Shown here piece after piece: positions 9,337-18,468 of a stretch of 64,000 nucleotides of DNA. The position numbers and the translations under genes were made by a program. Origin of the DNA: a virus (lineage: Duplodnaviria > Caudoviricetes). Under the pieces are notes generated by a model, which was not told where the DNA came from, searched no databases, and was given only the letters and a program-made list of their open reading frames with translations. The stretch covers positions 34,756 through 98,755 of IMG/VR virus record IMGVR_UViG_3300031998_000039; one strand, written 5' to 3'. Position 1 is the first letter of the stretch; each line of letters begins with the position of its first letter.

Positions 9337-10241
9337 TGAAGTAACTCTCCCTCTAATGAATATTCAACAAAATGATTTTTATTATCAGTTGGTGAATGAT
9401 AATTTAGTTGTACAGTTTTAGTTTCAGGATTATAATTTGGGGAATATTCTCCATAATATTTAATTTCTCCTTTTAATCTTGCATGAACTGCTTCTTCAAA
9501 AGTATCATAACTTCCCAACCATTTTGTTTTATATTGATACATTAATCTAGCCATCCATTTGTTAAGTTTAGGACTTTCTTTTGCTACGCCAGTTACGCCA
9601 GAAGTGTTTGTATGCTTCTTTCCCATATTCATAGCATTTTGATGAGATGTAACGGGGCGTAAATTTACTTTTCTATTATCCAAACGGTTATGATTAATAT
9701 GATCATACTTATTGTCAAAATCATTAAATATAACATTAGCAATGTCTATTCCTGTATTATGATCTATTGCTTTAGTTACACAATAACCATAACTGACATA
9801 CCATTTATAATCTTTTATTTTATCAATGTCTTCAATGTCAATAATGCTTTCTACTTTAGGTTCTTGTTTTACATTTTTAATTTTTATTATGGCGTAATCA
9901 TCTACAACCACAATTTCGTTGCGATCATATATGGTGCTTTCAAGAATTTTACCATGTCGTATCATTTGTAGAAAATGTCTTTTGCAATAAGGAATGCCAT
10001 GTAAGCGATGTATGCCTATATTATCACCACATATCGTACAAGTTAATGTTTCAATTTGAGGATCATATTTTTTATGATGTTGGTCGCAATAATATTTGTA
10101 TAATCCATTTTCACGAATAAATGCACGTAGTTTTGATGTTGAACACCCATACAAAACACCCATTTCTTTTAAAGTTTTAGTTTGAGGGATTATGCTTTTA
10201 ACATAATCCCTATCTAATTTAATTCTTGTTAAGTGTTCCAT
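9327..10241 (-). CDS. HNH homing endonuclease with C-terminal AP2-like domain
   Basis: DHINHNRLDNRKVNLR, NTSGVTGV, WLGSYDTFEEAVHAR. Confidence 0.88.
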   Translation of the reverse strand: MEHLTRIKLDRDYVKSIIPQTKTLKEMGVLYGCSTSKLRAFIRENGLYKYYCDQHHKKYDPQIETLTCTICGDNIGIHRLHGIPYCKRHFLQMIRHGKILESTIYDRNEIVVVDDYAIIKIKNVKQEPKVESIIDIEDIDKIKDYKWYVSYGYCVTKAIDHNTGIDIANVIFNDFDNKYDHINHNRLDNRKVNLRPVTSHQNAMNMGKKHTNTSGVTGVAKESPKLNKWMARLMYQYKTKWLGSYDTFEEAVHARLKGEIKYYGEYSPNYNPETKTVQLNYHSPTDNKNHFVEYSLEGELLQCS

Positions 10242-12152
10242 TTAATCTACCTCGTACCACATTCTGTTGTTATATTCCTGATAGCGTTCTTTAGAATACG
10301 CAGATGTTGGCACAAGATATCCAACGATACGGCTAACCTCATCGCTTTTATATTCACCGCATATAGGACAAGTATCACCAAAAAATGTATGAGAATGTTT
10401 ACATATTGACAACTTAGGATTAAACGCAAAATAAATAACACCTTTATTTGCCATTTCATTTAATATATTCCATGAGGTTTCCTCAGTAAGTTGTGCGCCT
10501 TCAAGTGAGATATGAAGAATTTGTCCTCCGCCAGCCTTTTTGTCAAGCACTGCAGAAAGTCTTGTTCTTTCATCAATACTGCATTTTGACATAAGACTTA
10601 CCCATTGATTCGAATATATAAAATCTTCATTACGTCCATAGATAATATTATCTTTCTTACAAAGCTTAACATTAGCCGATTCTGCAGGAATAATTTCCAG
10701 TGAAACATTATAATCATATCCTGATTCATCCTGTAGTTTATTTACAGTATCCATAATTTTTATTGCGAACTGAAGTCCTTCATCGGTATAAGATGCTGCA
10801 CCAAATTCATCAACTGTAGTTAAACCCATTTCACGTAACGCTTCAAACATTGCAGTTAATCCATTAGTGGTTGTTTGTTTATCTAAATTAATTACTTGAT
10901 ACGAATAATTTGGTAACAAATGCTTCTCAATATTACGCTGAATATTATGTCTAACTCTATCAAGCACCATCATATTAAGCCTAACTCTATCAGTTAAAAT
11001 TTTAATAAACTTATCTTGATTGCCTTTAGATTCTAATGCGATACGCATTAAGTTAATTGTGCTTACTTTAACCGATCCAATTTCAATCAAACTGCCACCA
11101 ATACTAGATTGAAAAGCTTTTTGCTTTGATAAATCGTTTAACATTCTACAACAACTTGCTAAATTTGTTACCGAATCTCCAATATAGAAATTGCTGTCAT
11201 ACCATTGAAGATTCTGCTTGTTACACCAACGAGCAAATTCTTCATCCACAAATTTACCATTCTGGAATAATAAAGCATATGTATATACAGGAAATGTCAT
11301 AAATACCTGTTTACGAATCTCGCATTCTGTCTCCATATATGCTTTTTCATGCTCAATAATTTCATCTACATAATCAATGACATATGTACCGTCAGGGAAA
11401 ATACGATCACCAAATAATTCAGTAATATAATTTCTATCCATAATTATTAGATTGGTATAAGGAGATTGCGTAATTCTTCCATGTATTTGGTTAACTTCAA
11501 AAATAAATTGTTGAAATAACTGTCTTCTATAATACTCAGGATCTTTTAAGTAGTATCCTTGTTCAACATCCTTTTTCCAAAAATAAAATGTGTAAATGAA
11601 AAAACTGGGCAAGGCACACGCTCCAGCCGTCCTATTGGATACCCAACAAATAAATTCTCTTAAATGAGCCATAAATGTTGTTAAATGATGGGCTGGTTGT
11701 GTATTAGTTTTGGGCAAGAAATACAAACCTTTTTCTGCTAAATTTTGCAATTCATAAGCATAACAGTAACTTAAAAAGCTTGCAGAATGAGCGTCGTGCA
11801 TATATAACGCTCCAGAAAACTCATCTTCCAACCATTTGTTAGCAATTTTTTTACCATAAGCTTTTTTCATCTCATAATAAATTTTATTAAAACTCAAAAG
11901 TTTACAATGGGGTTTACACATTTCGTCAAGCAAAGTACGCACATCTTTTGTTGATACATTAGCGCTTGAATCGATTGTGGCATCCGCAACTGCATTTTCT
12001 TCATCTACAAAATTATCAATAAATTCTGTATAATCTAACTGCTCTTTTGAAAAACCATTAATTCTGGTTATTTCTTCCCCATATTTTTCAATAAGTTTTT
12101 TAAGTTGTCGTTCAAAATCATTATCAAGATTAATGTTTATTTCCATATTCAT
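10242..12152 (-). CDS. nrdD: Class III anaerobic ribonucleotide reductase (no evident ATP cone)
   Basis: YMHD, YCYAY, SCCR, PAES, C-terminal CPICG and glycyl-radical motif RIVGYL. Confidence 0.95.
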   Translation of the reverse strand: MNMEININLDNDFERQLKKLIEKYGEEITRINGFSKEQLDYTEFIDNFVDEENAVADATIDSSANVSTKDVRTLLDEMCKPHCKLLSFNKIYYEMKKAYGKKIANKWLEDEFSGALYMHDAHSASFLSYCYAYELQNLAEKGLYFLPKTNTQPAHHLTTFMAHLREFICWVSNRTAGACALPSFFIYTFYFWKKDVEQGYYLKDPEYYRRQLFQQFIFEVNQIHGRITQSPYTNLIIMDRNYITELFGDRIFPDGTYVIDYVDEIIEHEKAYMETECEIRKQVFMTFPVYTYALLFQNGKFVDEEFARWCNKQNLQWYDSNFYIGDSVTNLASCCRMLNDLSKQKAFQSSIGGSLIEIGSVKVSTINLMRIALESKGNQDKFIKILTDRVRLNMMVLDRVRHNIQRNIEKHLLPNYSYQVINLDKQTTTNGLTAMFEALREMGLTTVDEFGAASYTDEGLQFAIKIMDTVNKLQDESGYDYNVSLEIIPAESANVKLCKKDNIIYGRNEDFIYSNQWVSLMSKCSIDERTRLSAVLDKKAGGGQILHISLEGAQLTEETSWNILNEMANKGVIYFAFNPKLSICKHSHTFFGDTCPICGEYKSDEVSRIVGYLVPTSAYSKERYQEYNNRMWYEVD

Positions 12153-12351
12153 TCACCCACTTAACTGCTTTCCCAAACTCCATATCTTCGCCATCTACAC
12201 AAAGCAATGGAGCTGCCATAAATCCACGTTCCTGAATGGATTCAATTGCCCTTTCACCTTCAAATAATTGAAAGGGTATATGTTTCTCATTTAATTTTGC
12301 CTCAAGTATTTTACATCTAGGGCATCCTGTACTAAATAACTCAACGCTCAT
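12130..12351 (-). CDS. Glutaredoxin/NrdH-like protein
   Basis: STGCPRC and APLLCVDG; coupled to nrdD. Confidence 0.75.
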   Translation of the reverse strand: MSVELFSTGCPRCKILEAKLNEKHIPFQLFEGERAIESIQERGFMAAPLLCVDGEDMEFGKAVKWVNEYGNKH

Positions 12352-12830
12352 TTCTTCTCCTCCGGCACTTGAAAATAGTATTTCATCAGACGATCTTTGC
12401 CGATTGAATCAATAGCTGCTAAAGCAGATTTTTCAGATTTAAAATAATAACTGGTTATAATATAGTAGCTGTCACAACTTATCTTAATGCCATTATCTTC
12501 AGTATCATAATAGATATAGTAATGATCATGACGACCATTCCACGGCTGATCATCATCTGCCAACTGCTCAAGTTCACGTAGAACTTTTAACTGCTCAAGT
12601 TTAAATTCAGTATCTTCTTTTGTCTTAAAACAATTACCAAAGTCTAGCCTTCTTTTATCTATGCCAATACCTGTATAAAAATTGTTACAGATTGAACCAT
12701 TAGAACCAATATACCAATAAAGATCACCCTTTTGAGGGAACTCTGGTTCTTTAAGTCCAGCCAATACTTCATTCATAACCTGACGTATACCATCCGCATA
12801 CTCATCAGGCACATCAAATGTTAGTTTCAT
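12348..12830 (-). CDS. Hypothetical phage protein
   Basis: ORF in operon; YWYI...GNCFKT pattern seen in firmicute phage proteins. Confidence 0.55.
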   Translation of the reverse strand: MKLTFDVPDEYADGIRQVMNEVLAGLKEPEFPQKGDLYWYIGSNGSICNNFYTGIGIDKRRLDFGNCFKTKEDTEFKLEQLKVLRELEQLADDDQPWNGRHDHYYIYYDTEDNGIKISCDSYYIITSYYFKSEKSALAAIDSIGKDRLMKYYFQVPEEKK

Positions 12831-12841
12831 AACCTCTCTCC

Positions 12842-13408
12842 TTATTTCTTTTTATAGTTGTAATAGTAAAGCGGTTCGTCCCAATCTACTCTGCGAGGTT
12901 TCTTATCAAATACGCCTTTGGTAAAATAAACATCGGAGAACCTTGGCATATTAGGGAACTTAACATCTTTACAAAACTCCCTACGCCATGCTTTATTCCA
13001 CACTGCTGTCCAGTATTCTTTATTAAGTGGATTATCGTGTGGTTTCATTAAACCTCTATCTTTCCATATAAAGGAAAAACATAACACATCGCATTCTTTT
13101 TCTTTAAGCTTTTGGTCGATCATTTCAAATGCTCGTGGCTCATACCACCAATCGTCATCGTCACTGAATAAAAGCCATTCGCCTTGAGCCATTTCTATGC
13201 CAGTGTTACGTGCCACACCATCACTGCGAGCATAAATACGTGCAGTTCTCGCTCCATATTGTCTGGCAATTTCTTCGGTATTATCATCACAAGCATCGCA
13301 AACCACGATCACTTCATAATCATAAAACGTTTGATTCTTGATGCTTTGTAACATCATATCAATACGATTTGATGCGTTATGTGCAGGAATTATTACACTG
13401 AATCTCAT
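12842..13408 (-). CDS. Glycosyltransferase family 2
   Basis: FSVIIPAHN, EVIVVCD, ARNTGI, FSDDDD, VWNKAWRR. Confidence 0.9.
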   Translation of the reverse strand: MRFSVIIPAHNASNRIDMMLQSIKNQTFYDYEVIVVCDACDDNTEEIARQYGARTARIYARSDGVARNTGIEMAQGEWLLFSDDDDWWYEPRAFEMIDQKLKEKECDVLCFSFIWKDRGLMKPHDNPLNKEYWTAVWNKAWRREFCKDVKFPNMPRFSDVYFTKGVFDKKPRRVDWDEPLYYYNYKKK

Positions 13409-13677
13409 ACGTCCAACTCCAAGTTGTATCCTTCAGCCTTAAGCTGCGTGACAAGTTTATTAATTTCGATATCATCTGCAATTGCATATAATCCAACTGG
13501 TTCTGATAAATCTAATGAAAAGATTCCCATTAACGAAGTTGCATCAATTACACTACGATTATGTTTAAGAAAAACATCGCCATCAATCTGCATCACAATA
13601 TCGGGAAGACGCTTAACTTCAGCTATTGTGCTTAAACGTAATGTCCCAAGTCTACGTCCAAAATCCATATTACTCAC
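13405..13677 (-). CDS. HPr-family phosphocarrier-like protein lacking His15
   Basis: VIDATSLMGIFSLDL corresponds to the Ser46 motif DAKSIMG. Confidence 0.75.
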   Translation of the reverse strand: MSNMDFGRRLGTLRLSTIAEVKRLPDIVMQIDGDVFLKHNRSVIDATSLMGIFSLDLSEPVGLYAIADDIEINKLVTQLKAEGYNLELDV

Positions 13678-13680
13678 CTC

Positions 13681-14112
13681 TCAATCTAAACATAAAAAAT
13701 TATCCATTAAGTATGATTGTAATTCATCAATACTTGTACATATATGTATAGCTGACATTCTCCACCACGGATGAAGAGCAACATTTGGATTAGTTTGTAA
13801 TCCAATAATCGGGATATGTAACTCTTTTGCAAGAGATAATTCAAATGACGTTCCGATACTATTTGGATGATCAAAGTCGCACACTATAAGGTCAGCAGTA
13901 CGAACCTTATATAAATCCCATCGCATCTGCTCTTCCTCAACCTTATCATCAACTTGTGGTGGTATATGTGGACATGGATTAATACACTTCCATCTAACAC
14001 CATCAAAATCATAAGCATCAATCATTTGTGTTATTTTGTAACGCCATCCGTTCATTTCTTCATCTGTTAGTCCGGTAATCGCACCAGCGAGATATATCAG
14101 CTTATATGTCAT
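13681..14112 (-). CDS. Nucleoside 2-deoxyribosyltransferase-like protein
   Basis: IYLAGAI, WR, INP, DL...ADLIV, SIGTSFE. Confidence 0.82.
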   Translation of the reverse strand: MTYKLIYLAGAITGLTDEEMNGWRYKITQMIDAYDFDGVRWKCINPCPHIPPQVDDKVEEEQMRWDLYKVRTADLIVCDFDHPNSIGTSFELSLAKELHIPIIGLQTNPNVALHPWWRMSAIHICTSIDELQSYLMDNFLCLD

Positions 14113-14113
14113 A

Positions 14114-15037
14114 TTATTCTCCTAATACAATTTTCTTTGCCCAGTTCATTGCTTGTGAACTTACTGCCTTGCCAAAGTACTGACTACTAATTACATCTGC
14201 TATCAGTTCGGGTTCTTCTTTGATAACATCATCGTAGATGCGTTTCGGAAGGTTACGGGCTACAACAGCCATATCCTTGGGAGTTATCTGCTCTGGTAAT
14301 AAACCTTCATCTATTTGCTTATTTATATCCTTACGAACTCTTGCTTCGGTGACAACTTCTGCAGCTACCTCTTCAGCATGTGCTTTTTCGAGCAGATGTT
14401 CAGGATCAAGCACTTTCTTCTCATGGTTATGTTGCTTTGTTTCCGAAAAACTATCGTTGATAACTTTAAGATAAAAAGGATTTCTGCAATCAGGATCATT
14501 AAGTTTTGTCATGTTCTTACAAACACAACCTTCGATAGCATTACCATACATAGGCTGATTAAAGAATGACTTAACATGCTCCCATGATACAAATGGGCCG
14601 TCATAATAGGTATGTACATAAATCAGTCCATGTGATTCCGCATACGCTTTAACTTCATCTTGAGGTAGCCACTGTTCTGTATCTTTATCAAATATGTCAT
14701 ATACATACCACTTGTTATATGCATCTTTGTCATATTTAACCGTATGCGGTACTAACCACTCGCCATATAAACAACGATTGCCTAAATCACGGAACTTTTC
14801 TTTATCAAGCGTCTGTACGAAATTCCAAAAACCACGCAAATTGTTAGTCATATTGAGTTCATTCTTACGGCTAAAAGCTTTAAGTTCACCGTCTTCCCAA
14901 GCAATCTGGGCATTACAACCGTCCACTTTTGTCTGGATAACGACTCTATCTCCCACCTCAAACGCTCCAGTATTAGCTGCAACCATTCCGTCTTCACTGT
15001 TCTCTTTAACTCTGACTATATCCATAAAGTGCTTCAT
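14114..15037 (-). CDS. ATP-dependent RNA ligase (Rnl2-like)
   Basis: Motif I KVDGCN, SRK, YGEW, VYDI, EGCVCK, LKVI. Confidence 0.85.
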   Translation of the reverse strand: MKHFMDIVRVKENSEDGMVAANTGAFEVGDRVVIQTKVDGCNAQIAWEDGELKAFSRKNELNMTNNLRGFWNFVQTLDKEKFRDLGNRCLYGEWLVPHTVKYDKDAYNKWYVYDIFDKDTEQWLPQDEVKAYAESHGLIYVHTYYDGPFVSWEHVKSFFNQPMYGNAIEGCVCKNMTKLNDPDCRNPFYLKVINDSFSETKQHNHEKKVLDPEHLLEKAHAEEVAAEVVTEARVRKDINKQIDEGLLPEQITPKDMAVVARNLPKRIYDDVIKEEPELIADVISSQYFGKAVSSQAMNWAKKIVLGE

Positions 15038-15071
15038 GATTTCTTCTCCTGTTCATTTAATTATTATTTTG

Positions 15072-15761
15072 TTATGAGGCTGTTTCCAAAGGTAATAATG
15101 GCAATATATGATCTTGCTCATATATAAATGGTTTAATATCTGTTTTAGTTATATCATTCAAGTAATTTCTTAACCATTCATAATCAGAATTATGTTCTTT
15201 ATAATATGCATCAATTCTTTTATATTTTAAGTTAAAATATTGACATAACCTTTTTAAAGAAGTACGAAAACCATTGTATACAAACATCACATTACTTCTT
15301 TTATTATTTGCTTGCTCATATATATCAACAAAACGACAATTTTCTGGACAATAATTTTTTTCGTTATTTATACGATCGATAGTTAAAGAATTATTATAAC
15401 CATGTTCAAATGCCCAGTTTTCAAACGTTTTATACGATTGCTCCCATTCGGGACATATGTTAATTATATGATTACCTTGGTGATAAACTTTATAACTGTC
15501 AGTATTTGGATTTTTACATCGAGTTTTAATATTTATCCAAATAGCATGTAATCGTTGATTTAATACTTCGTCTTGACACCTACACGGATTGCTGCCACGA
15601 TAATAATGACTGCGCCACATAGTATAATGTTTGTTGCAAAATTTACATTTTACTTCAATCAAAACATTCTTACCCACTCGTTCTATTGATTGAATATATT
15701 GTGCGCCATGCTGATTTTCATTCTTAATTTTACCTCGACTCATTTTTCTCCCGTTCTTCAA
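15072..15761 (-). CDS. HNH-type endonuclease
   Basis: WINIKTRC...ICPEW...LTIDRINNEKNYCPENCRF...QANNKR. Confidence 0.8.
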   Translation of the reverse strand: MKNGRKMSRGKIKNENQHGAQYIQSIERVGKNVLIEVKCKFCNKHYTMWRSHYYRGSNPCRCQDEVLNQRLHAIWINIKTRCKNPNTDSYKVYHQGNHIINICPEWEQSYKTFENWAFEHGYNNSLTIDRINNEKNYCPENCRFVDIYEQANNKRSNVMFVYNGFRTSLKRLCQYFNLKYKRIDAYYKEHNSDYEWLRNYLNDITKTDIKPFIYEQDHILPLLPLETAS

Positions 15762-16182
15762 GATGTTTAATAAGTTTTTCGCAATACCATCGACTCTTTA
15801 AAACGTCTTGTAACCCATTCTTCTTTTTGTAACGACAGATATATTTCAGCACATTAGCTACACAAACCGCTTCAATTCCAGTAAGGTCTTCCGTAAATGC
15901 TTCAATATAATCAATCACTTCCAACCCATTCTTGCTTTTGTAATGCCCGGGATTTACCGCAGGATCTTTGCTTTCATATATAGATTTCTTTGCTAACTTC
16001 TCTGCTCTAATCTTTGCAAGTTCCTCTTTACTCTTTGGATGCTTGCCCTTATAGTTAGGTGAGATTTCTGTCAAATCTGTATCAGGAATAGGATTCTTCA
16101 AAATCTGTCCTGTCAACGAAACAATTTCGTCAGCTTTTGTTACTGTCGGTATAACGGGTGCATAAGGATCAATATGTTCCAT
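15730..16182 (-). CDS. DUF3310-family protein (T7 gp1.7 nucleotide-kinase-like)
   Basis: VNPGHY...EVIDYI...NVLKYICRYKKKNGLQDVLKSRWY. Confidence 0.8.
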   Translation of the reverse strand: MEHIDPYAPVIPTVTKADEIVSLTGQILKNPIPDTDLTEISPNYKGKHPKSKEELAKIRAEKLAKKSIYESKDPAVNPGHYKSKNGLEVIDYIEAFTEDLTGIEAVCVANVLKYICRYKKKNGLQDVLKSRWYCEKLIKHLEEREKNESR

Positions 16183-16709
16183 TTTTTATTCTCCTTTCAA
16201 TATCATTTATTATAACAAGCAGTATGATATATGGACATTTATCCATACATACTTTTTTACCTGCTTTTTGTAAATGATTATAAAACCATAATGCTCCTTT
16301 TTCATTATCAAAAACAGTTACAATCGGTTCTTCATCATGCAAAAAATATTCAGTTACAGTGTAAACACAATCCTTTATTATATTTGTCATTTGTTTACTC
16401 GTTTCTTGCTTTTCAATATTTTTTAAAATTTCACCCATATTTATTCTCCTTTAAATATCATTTATCTTTAAACTTTTCTAATTCTTCTTTAGTAGGTGTT
16501 AATCCTCTTGCAAGCATATTAGAAATTATATTAACTTCTGTGTATTGGTTGCATTCTGGACAACGAATAACATCAATTTTTGTTCGATCCCAATTTATAT
16601 CCATTACATCAAGATAAGTAATATCTTTCTTTATATATCCTATCTCAGCTCCACATTTTTCACAAACAGTAACTTTATAAGCATTACCATGTTTTAATAT
16701 AACAGACAT
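16169..16709 (-). CDS. Two small hypothetical proteins (16169-16438; 16458-16709 with CxxC..CxxC zinc ribbon)
   Basis: Each preceded by TGATATT(T)nRAAGGAGAATAA. Confidence 0.6.
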
Positions 16710-16729
16710 ATTATTCTCCTTTCAAAATA

Positions 16730-16846
16730 TCATTCGGGTAAGGATTTGCACCTTACATAAAACAAAGACTTCACTCCTCACGGCTTGTACCAACCGTTCT
16801 TCTCATGTTGTACACCATTAGCGTCTACCTATTCCGCCACCGAATG
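16730..16846 (-). ncRNA. tRNA-Leu-like RNA #1 without a canonical anticodon arm
   Basis: Acceptor CATTCGG/CCGAATG+A; D arm GCG-GAATAGGTAGA-CGC; T arm GTAAGG-TGCAAAT-CCTTAC; about 60-nt central hairpin region. Confidence 0.8.
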
Positions 16847-16990
16847 AAATTTTGGTTTTATTGGGTTACTTTATGTTTTTCCTAAAGTCATCTTTCATAT
16901 CAACATACAACCAACTAAAAGCACTAATTACTGTAATCAACGTTAATACTTTTAAAAAAATCATCTTTCCTCCTAAAATTATCACATAAA

Positions 16991-17209
16991 TTAAGACCAA
17001 ATATGAGAATTAACTATATCATCAACTGTTAAATTCATTAATTCAATTTGAATATTATCAAGTTCATCAACAATATTTGTATGCCCAGATATTTGAGCAA
17101 GTTCTTTAACAAATTCGATTGTTGTTATAATTGCAGGACGGCAATATGGTTCTATAAATGATGAATGTTCATATTTTTTAACAACTTTTTTTAATTGTTC
17201 TGCTGTCAT
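16991..17209 (-). CDS. Hypothetical protein (start MTAEQL)
   Basis: RBS AGGAGG directly after tRNA-like #2. Confidence 0.6.
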   Translation of the reverse strand: MTAEQLKKVVKKYEHSSFIEPYCRPAIITTIEFVKELAQISGHTNIVDELDNIQIELMNLTVDDIVNSHIWS

Positions 17210-17229
17210 CTTTCCTCCTAAAATGGTTA

Positions 17230-17384
17230 TCATTCGGGTTAGGATTTGCACCTAACATGATATATATACAGGAATATATATCCAGCGATGGAGCTACCAA
17301 TCTTACCTGCGTCTACTATTACTCGTGGACTAAAAGTCTTTTTGCCGAGTTTTACCATAGCCATGTCTATTCCGCCACCGAATG
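17230..17384 (-). ncRNA. tRNA-Leu-like RNA #2 with about 50-nt hairpin insert in the D loop
   Basis: Same acceptor CATTCGG/CCGAATG; T arm GTTAGG-TGCAAAT-CCTAAC (compensatory change versus #1); variable-arm hairpin GATATATAT/ATATATATC. Confidence 0.8.
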
Positions 17385-17403
17385 AAATTTTGGTTTTATG
17401 GGG

Positions 17404-17595
17404 TTATTGTAATAAATCCTTCCGTTTCAAGTTTTCTTCAATCATAACCCACTTATTACCATCAAACTTATATAAATCCCCATATATAGTCAAAATGGAA
17501 TTACAAAGGTTTGTATCAACTCTCGTTCCATTTGTTGCTTTGAGGATTTCTATAAAATCTTCTTTAGGCATTGCCCTTTGTTTGCTAAAATCCAT
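17404..17595 (-). CDS. Hypothetical protein (cassette gene)
   Basis: Bounded by junction motifs. Confidence 0.6.
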   Translation of the reverse strand: MDFSKQRAMPKEDFIEILKATNGTRVDTNLCNSILTIYGDLYKFDGNKWVMIEENLKRKDLLQ

Positions 17596-17622
17596 CTTTC
17601 CTCCTAAAATGGTTATATGGGG

Positions 17623-17973
17623 TTATTTGTCTGTCCATGACTTGAATGCACATATCTTTTCTACTAATCCACTAGTATCTCCATCGAATGTAATGGCTCT
17701 ATCATCAACATAAACAAGGGCAGGTGGTTTTACGTCTGAAATTCTGTCAAATTTAATGTTGTATTTTTCAAGCCATCCTTTCATAGCAATCTTACCCGTA
17801 GGATAGACACTTCTTGTTGATACTATTACAACCTCATAACCTTTTTCACGCAAATTGTCTATAGTTTCTTTAATTCCTTGCACTGGTTCATCAGATATTA
17901 TATCGTGACCTTGCCATCCACTTTTATAACTATGAATCACACCATCAAAATCAAATACGATTGTCTTTTTCAT
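17623..17973 (-). CDS. Cap-less HAD-family phosphatase (PNKP phosphatase/nucleotidase-like)
   Basis: IVFDFDGVI, VSTR, KP, YVDDRA. Confidence 0.8.
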   Translation of the reverse strand: MKKTIVFDFDGVIHSYKSGWQGHDIISDEPVQGIKETIDNLREKGYEVVIVSTRSVYPTGKIAMKGWLEKYNIKFDRISDVKPPALVYVDDRAITFDGDTSGLVEKICAFKSWTDK

Positions 17974-17999
17974 CTTTCTTCTCCTTTGGTTTTATTGGG

Positions 18000-18386
18000 T
18001 TAGCCCTTAAGGTAAAGAGAATAATCGGACATTTCATCAAAACCACATCCGTTATTTGTAGGCTTTATCTCTTTTATTTCTTCATTAAGTTGATTTTCGC
18101 AAAATTCAACCAACCACTTTTTCAAGCCTTTAATTTCATTAGGTTGAAAATATGAAAAACTCCCATCTGGCCTAATATGCTTTATGATACAAGCAAGTAT
18201 TTCTTTTACATTCTCGTCTATCATAATCTTCCCCTCCTAAATGGTTATTTTATGGGGTTACTCAGTATCGCTATCATCTGGACTCCAACCGTTCATTGTA
18301 AATGCCCATGCAACAACAAAAATCCAAAAGAATGCCACAGCAACTATGCCACCTAATGCCAAAAATAATTGTAATACAATATTCAT
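18000..18386 (-). CDS. Two small cassette genes (18000-18224; about 18258-18386, a single-TM membrane peptide)
   Basis: Bounded by junction motifs; strong RBS. Confidence 0.55.
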
Positions 18387-18400
18387 ATTTCCTCCTAAAA

Positions 18401-18466
18401 TGGTTATTGAAAATTTCTGAGGGTGACCGAAGTCAGCCCTCAGTATAAACTTAAAAGGTTTCAATA
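18401..18466 (-). ncRNA. Structured element: 8-bp terminal stem plus ACCA, with internal cUUCGg hairpin
   Basis: TATTGAAA...CTGAGGGCTGAC-TTCG-GTCACCCTCAG...TTTCAATA-ACCA. Confidence 0.6.
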
Positions 18467-18468
18467 CT

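Noticed and set aside
17288-17713. 141-aa + strand ORF and the many other + strand ORFs in the minus-strand arm
   Set aside because: Antisense shadows of well-supported genes or RNAs, with no RBS or motifs.
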